DNA of 62,254 nucleotides, counting the filler, from Rhizaria sp. SCN 62-66 (Eukaryota): assembly GCA_001724265.1 (NCBI GenBank). It is 7 parts of 7 records of this genome, joined end to end, with 100 filler letters (N's around TTAATTAATTAA, not from the genome) between each part and the next. Parts side by side here need not be neighbours in the genome. Positions count along the whole stretch, not along the records: positions 54,955 to 62,254 come from MEDY01000601.1; 6 more parts are not named here. One strand, written 5' to 3'. Positions 59,071-62,254 of this stretch are shown here, one piece after another. The notes beneath the pieces are model-generated. The model worked only from the letters and a program-made list of their open reading frames with translations, had not been told where the DNA came from and did no database searches. The position numbers were made by a program, and so were the translations under genes. Positions within the stretch are counted from its first letter, which is position 1; each line of letters starts with the position of its first letter.

Positions 59071-61183
59071 ATGTCTGTTCGCGAGGCCCTTACGCATGCA
59101 GCGGCTGGCACCATTGCTGGTAAGTTTGTTTATGTTCTCCCCTTTCTGTGCATCCCTTTGTATACCAACATGCTATCTTGCAACCACGCATTGCACTTCT
59201 CAGCAATGAAGCTAACTCTGTCCAATCATGTTTATGTGCTTGCAAACCCCGTTTTCCATAACCAGGTGTCATTGCCTTTGCGTTTCTATACCCCTTGGAC
59301 AACATCCGCACGCGTCTTCAGGTTCAAATTAACACCCGAAAGCTCGCCCCCAGCGATCCCCTGCCCCCTCCCTCGATCGTTAAGTGCGACAGTGGCCGGC
59401 CTTGCGCCCCTGCCTCCGCTGCAGCCTCTGCCGCAGCCGCGCAGACCGCCGCCGGCACCGCGACTGCTGCGGCGGCCGAGGTTGCGCAGAAGCTGCGCGC
59501 ACTTAAGGACGACGCCGCCGCTGGCAAGACTGACTACAAGAGTGCGCTTGACTGCGCTATCAAGGTCATTAGGCGGGAGGGCTGGAGCGCTCTGTACAAC
59601 GGCCTCAGCTCCGGGCTTGTCGGCGTCGGTGTGTCGAACGCGATCTACTTCTGGTGGTATTTCTGGATCAAGCGTCTTGCGCTGCGCGTGACTGGTAAGC
59701 GTAACTTGACTCCGCTGCAGAATATCGCCATCGCGATGGTTGCGGGCACGATTAACATCACCATGACGTCGCCGATCTGGGTCATCAACACGCGCATGGC
59801 GCTGCAGAAGAACCACAACAGCAAGACCGTGAACGGTGCCGCAAGCACTGCTGCTGCGACCGTCAAGACTGGGGCTACAAACGCGACTACCGTAGCAACC
59901 AGCGCTGCTGGCGCTGCTGCTTCAGCGGCCTCTGCCGCCGCGATTGCTGCTGCAAACGCTGCCTCAGCTGCCAGCGCCGCTGCGGCTGAGGCAGCTGCCA
60001 CTGCAACAGCGCTCGTTTCGGGCTCTGCAAGCACTCCTTCGAGCACTGACTCCGCTGCTGCTGCGGTGCCAGCGTCAGTGGAGGCTGCTATGGCGACTGC
60101 GAAGGATGCTGCGGCGTCGTTAACTCAAGCCGCCGCGGACTTGAGTCAAGCCGCGTCGTCTAGTGTCGCCAACGCTGCGACGGCGGCGACGACTGCGGCA
60201 CATAACGTCGCGTCCGCAGTCTCTTCGCTCCCGTCGCAGGTGCAGGCACAGCTGCAACAGCTGCAGCAACAGCAGGCGCAGCAAGTGCAACAGCAGCAGC
60301 AGCAACAGGGAGGTCCGAGGTACACTGGTATTATTGATGCCTGTCAAAAGATCATCAAGGAAGAAGGCATTGAGGCCCTCTATCGGTACGTGTCAAATTA
60401 GTCGCTTCAAATTCATAAAACGAATCAAGCGAACCCAGCGTGTTTCATGCACCTCACACTCCGACCGTACTTCCTGGAAATTCTTACATCTGTGAGCTCA
60501 TATTGGCTTTCTTTTTGTTTTTCTTCCTTTTTCAGTGGCTTCCTGCCGTCGCTGTTCCTGGTGACAAACCCCGCGACCCAGTTTGCCGTCTACGAACAGC
60601 TCTCTCGTCTCGTTCTCCGCCGCCGCGCGCGCGCTGCCGCCGCTGCGGGCGCAGACGGTGCAACGCCCAGTGCCACCGCGGCGCTTGCGGCGGCGGCGGC
60701 GAAGCTAAGTCCCATTGAGTCGTTTGTCATCGGCGCGATCGCCAAGGCAGTCGCGACGGTGGTCACATACCCGTATCAGGTACGCTCACAATGTGTCTTA
60801 TATTTCATAACAAATCTGCCTGTCTGAGGACGCGAATGAGCCTCAAAATGACATGTTACAGAATCTACATGTATCTGCATCATATTTGTGGAACTCACAT
60901 TTCAAATCCCTAATCTATTGGAATCGGCTGCACTTTGTTTTTTTATTGCTCGTCGCGTAAACAGGTTGTCAAGGCGCGGCAGCAAGCCGACACCTCCCCG
61001 GCCGAGTCCGCTCCTTCGATGTGGGCTGTGATGAGCGAAATGTACGCCAAAGAGGGCGCAGGTGCGTTTGTGGCTGGAATGGGGGCAAAACTCTCGCAGA
61101 CGGTGTCCAACTCGGCGTTTATGTTCCTGCTTTATGAGGAAATTCTCGCCGTCATTGTCCGCACGACCGGCGGCTCCAAGTGA
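59071..61183 (+). CDS. Mitochondrial-carrier-family protein, peroxisomal PMP34/SLC25A17-like (exons 59071-59119, 59266-60385, 60536-60779, 60965-61183)
   Basis: Three carrier repeats (YPLDNIRTRLQ; TSPIWVINTRM; TYPYQ|VVKARQQ). PMP34-type SNAIYFWWY, LFLVTNPATQFAVYEQL, GAIAKAVAT, KLSQTV..AFMF..YE. Three canonical introns. Stop TGA. Confidence 0.9.
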
Positions 61184-62254
61184 ATGGTTGGTCCACGTTT
61201 GCTATTTGAAACAGCTGTGCTGTTAAAGTTGTTCTTGCTGTTTGCGAGCGAACGCTCGCAGTCATCACTCGCAGCATTGATGGTTTGAAGTGAGCTCTGT
61301 GACCGTATCCGCCGCAATTTACTTTATGCATGTCATCGAACAGAGTTCGTGTTCGTGCGCACTCTCATTTCCGGTTCGTATAGTCAGTATTATTTTTATT
61401 GTTGATGTTGTACTGTAATGCAACACTGTGTGCAGATTCGTTCACATTGTTGTCTTTATTGCTACCCATAGAAGCATGGCTGAGTGATACAATGCTTGGT
61501 GACAGTGACAACAACACTGAAATGGCAACGGAGACGAGCAGGTTTTGCCACACAACCACAGATATAGACTCTGTGGTCTGGTAAGCGGTGGAGTATTTCA
61601 CGACGACCAAGCGTTGTTGAGCCTTCGCCCTGTAAGTGGAAAGCAATTCTCTTGTCCTCGTGGAGTCGAAATGATCACAGCGACTTACGACAAGTTGCAT
61701 ACAGCGCAACATCCATTTTCAGCTCCAATCTGCTGTGATGTTTTTTGTTTTAAAAAACAATAATATACGTTAAGTGATATTTCTCGTTCTATTCCATAGA
61801 ATCACAGAGTTTTAAAACGACTACCCATGTGGCACCTCTTTCTGCACTTTCACCACGAACGGATTTTGAACCTGTCCTGGTGTCCACGAAACGAAACTCA
61901 CACACACAATCCAATGAAGTGGCTGATTGCGGAAATTGTTATCTAGAAACGAAATGTGGCTGAAATAAAACAAACGTGTGTTCAAACCAATTAAACAGCG
62001 CTTTTAGTTTGGTTTGGAATTTTTGTTCATCTAAAAAACCGTTGATACGTGTGTAGCATCTCGTTTCCGCAACTAGGCATTCAAGCTCACCTCGCCTTTG
62101 ACTGCTGTGGTATTGCCCCGCCTCCTTGTTCGTCTTACACTTTCTTTCTAGCTAATGAGCTCTCTCATGGATATATCTGAGATTCAGATTAATTGTCTTG
62201 CTAGCCATTTTGGCCCCTCTATGGCGAATGACATCGAAATCATCGAGGACGTCT

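Noticed and set aside
1-62254. tRNA with CUA anticodon or eRF1 gene that would explain the code change
   Set aside because: No tRNA cloverleaf or release-factor gene was recognised in this window; the rest of the genome must be searched.

Overview
Eukaryotic (protist-like) nuclear DNA made of seven contigs joined by artificial 100-nt N/TTAATTAATTAA spacers. Genes are compact, with GT-AG introns of about 100-250 nt (donors mostly GTACGT/GTAAGT). Recognisable genes: a PDI/thioredoxin-like protein with an H-type-lectin-like insert, MVD, fragments of RPL32, ubiquitin-RPL40 and RPL27A, a giant CLASP/TOG-domain protein, a STIMATE-family membrane protein, SAM synthetase (partial), a GT7 glycosyltransferase, a GNPTAB/Stealth GlcNAc-1-phosphotransferase, a large secreted protein, a full-size ABCG/PDR transporter, a CTDSP/SCP phosphatase and a PMP34-like carrier. 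Main discovery: TAG appears to be a sense codon. Eleven in-frame TAGs in five genes are each followed by continued open reading frame in the same frame. Three of them lie inside one otherwise complete GNPTAB architecture. All 16 inferred terminators are TAA or TGA (two of them inferred by reading through a TAG). This points to a non-standard nuclear code in which UAG alone is reassigned (Gln is my best guess from context) while UAA and UGA remain stops. A TGT-terminated inverted-repeat family is found at three contig ends.
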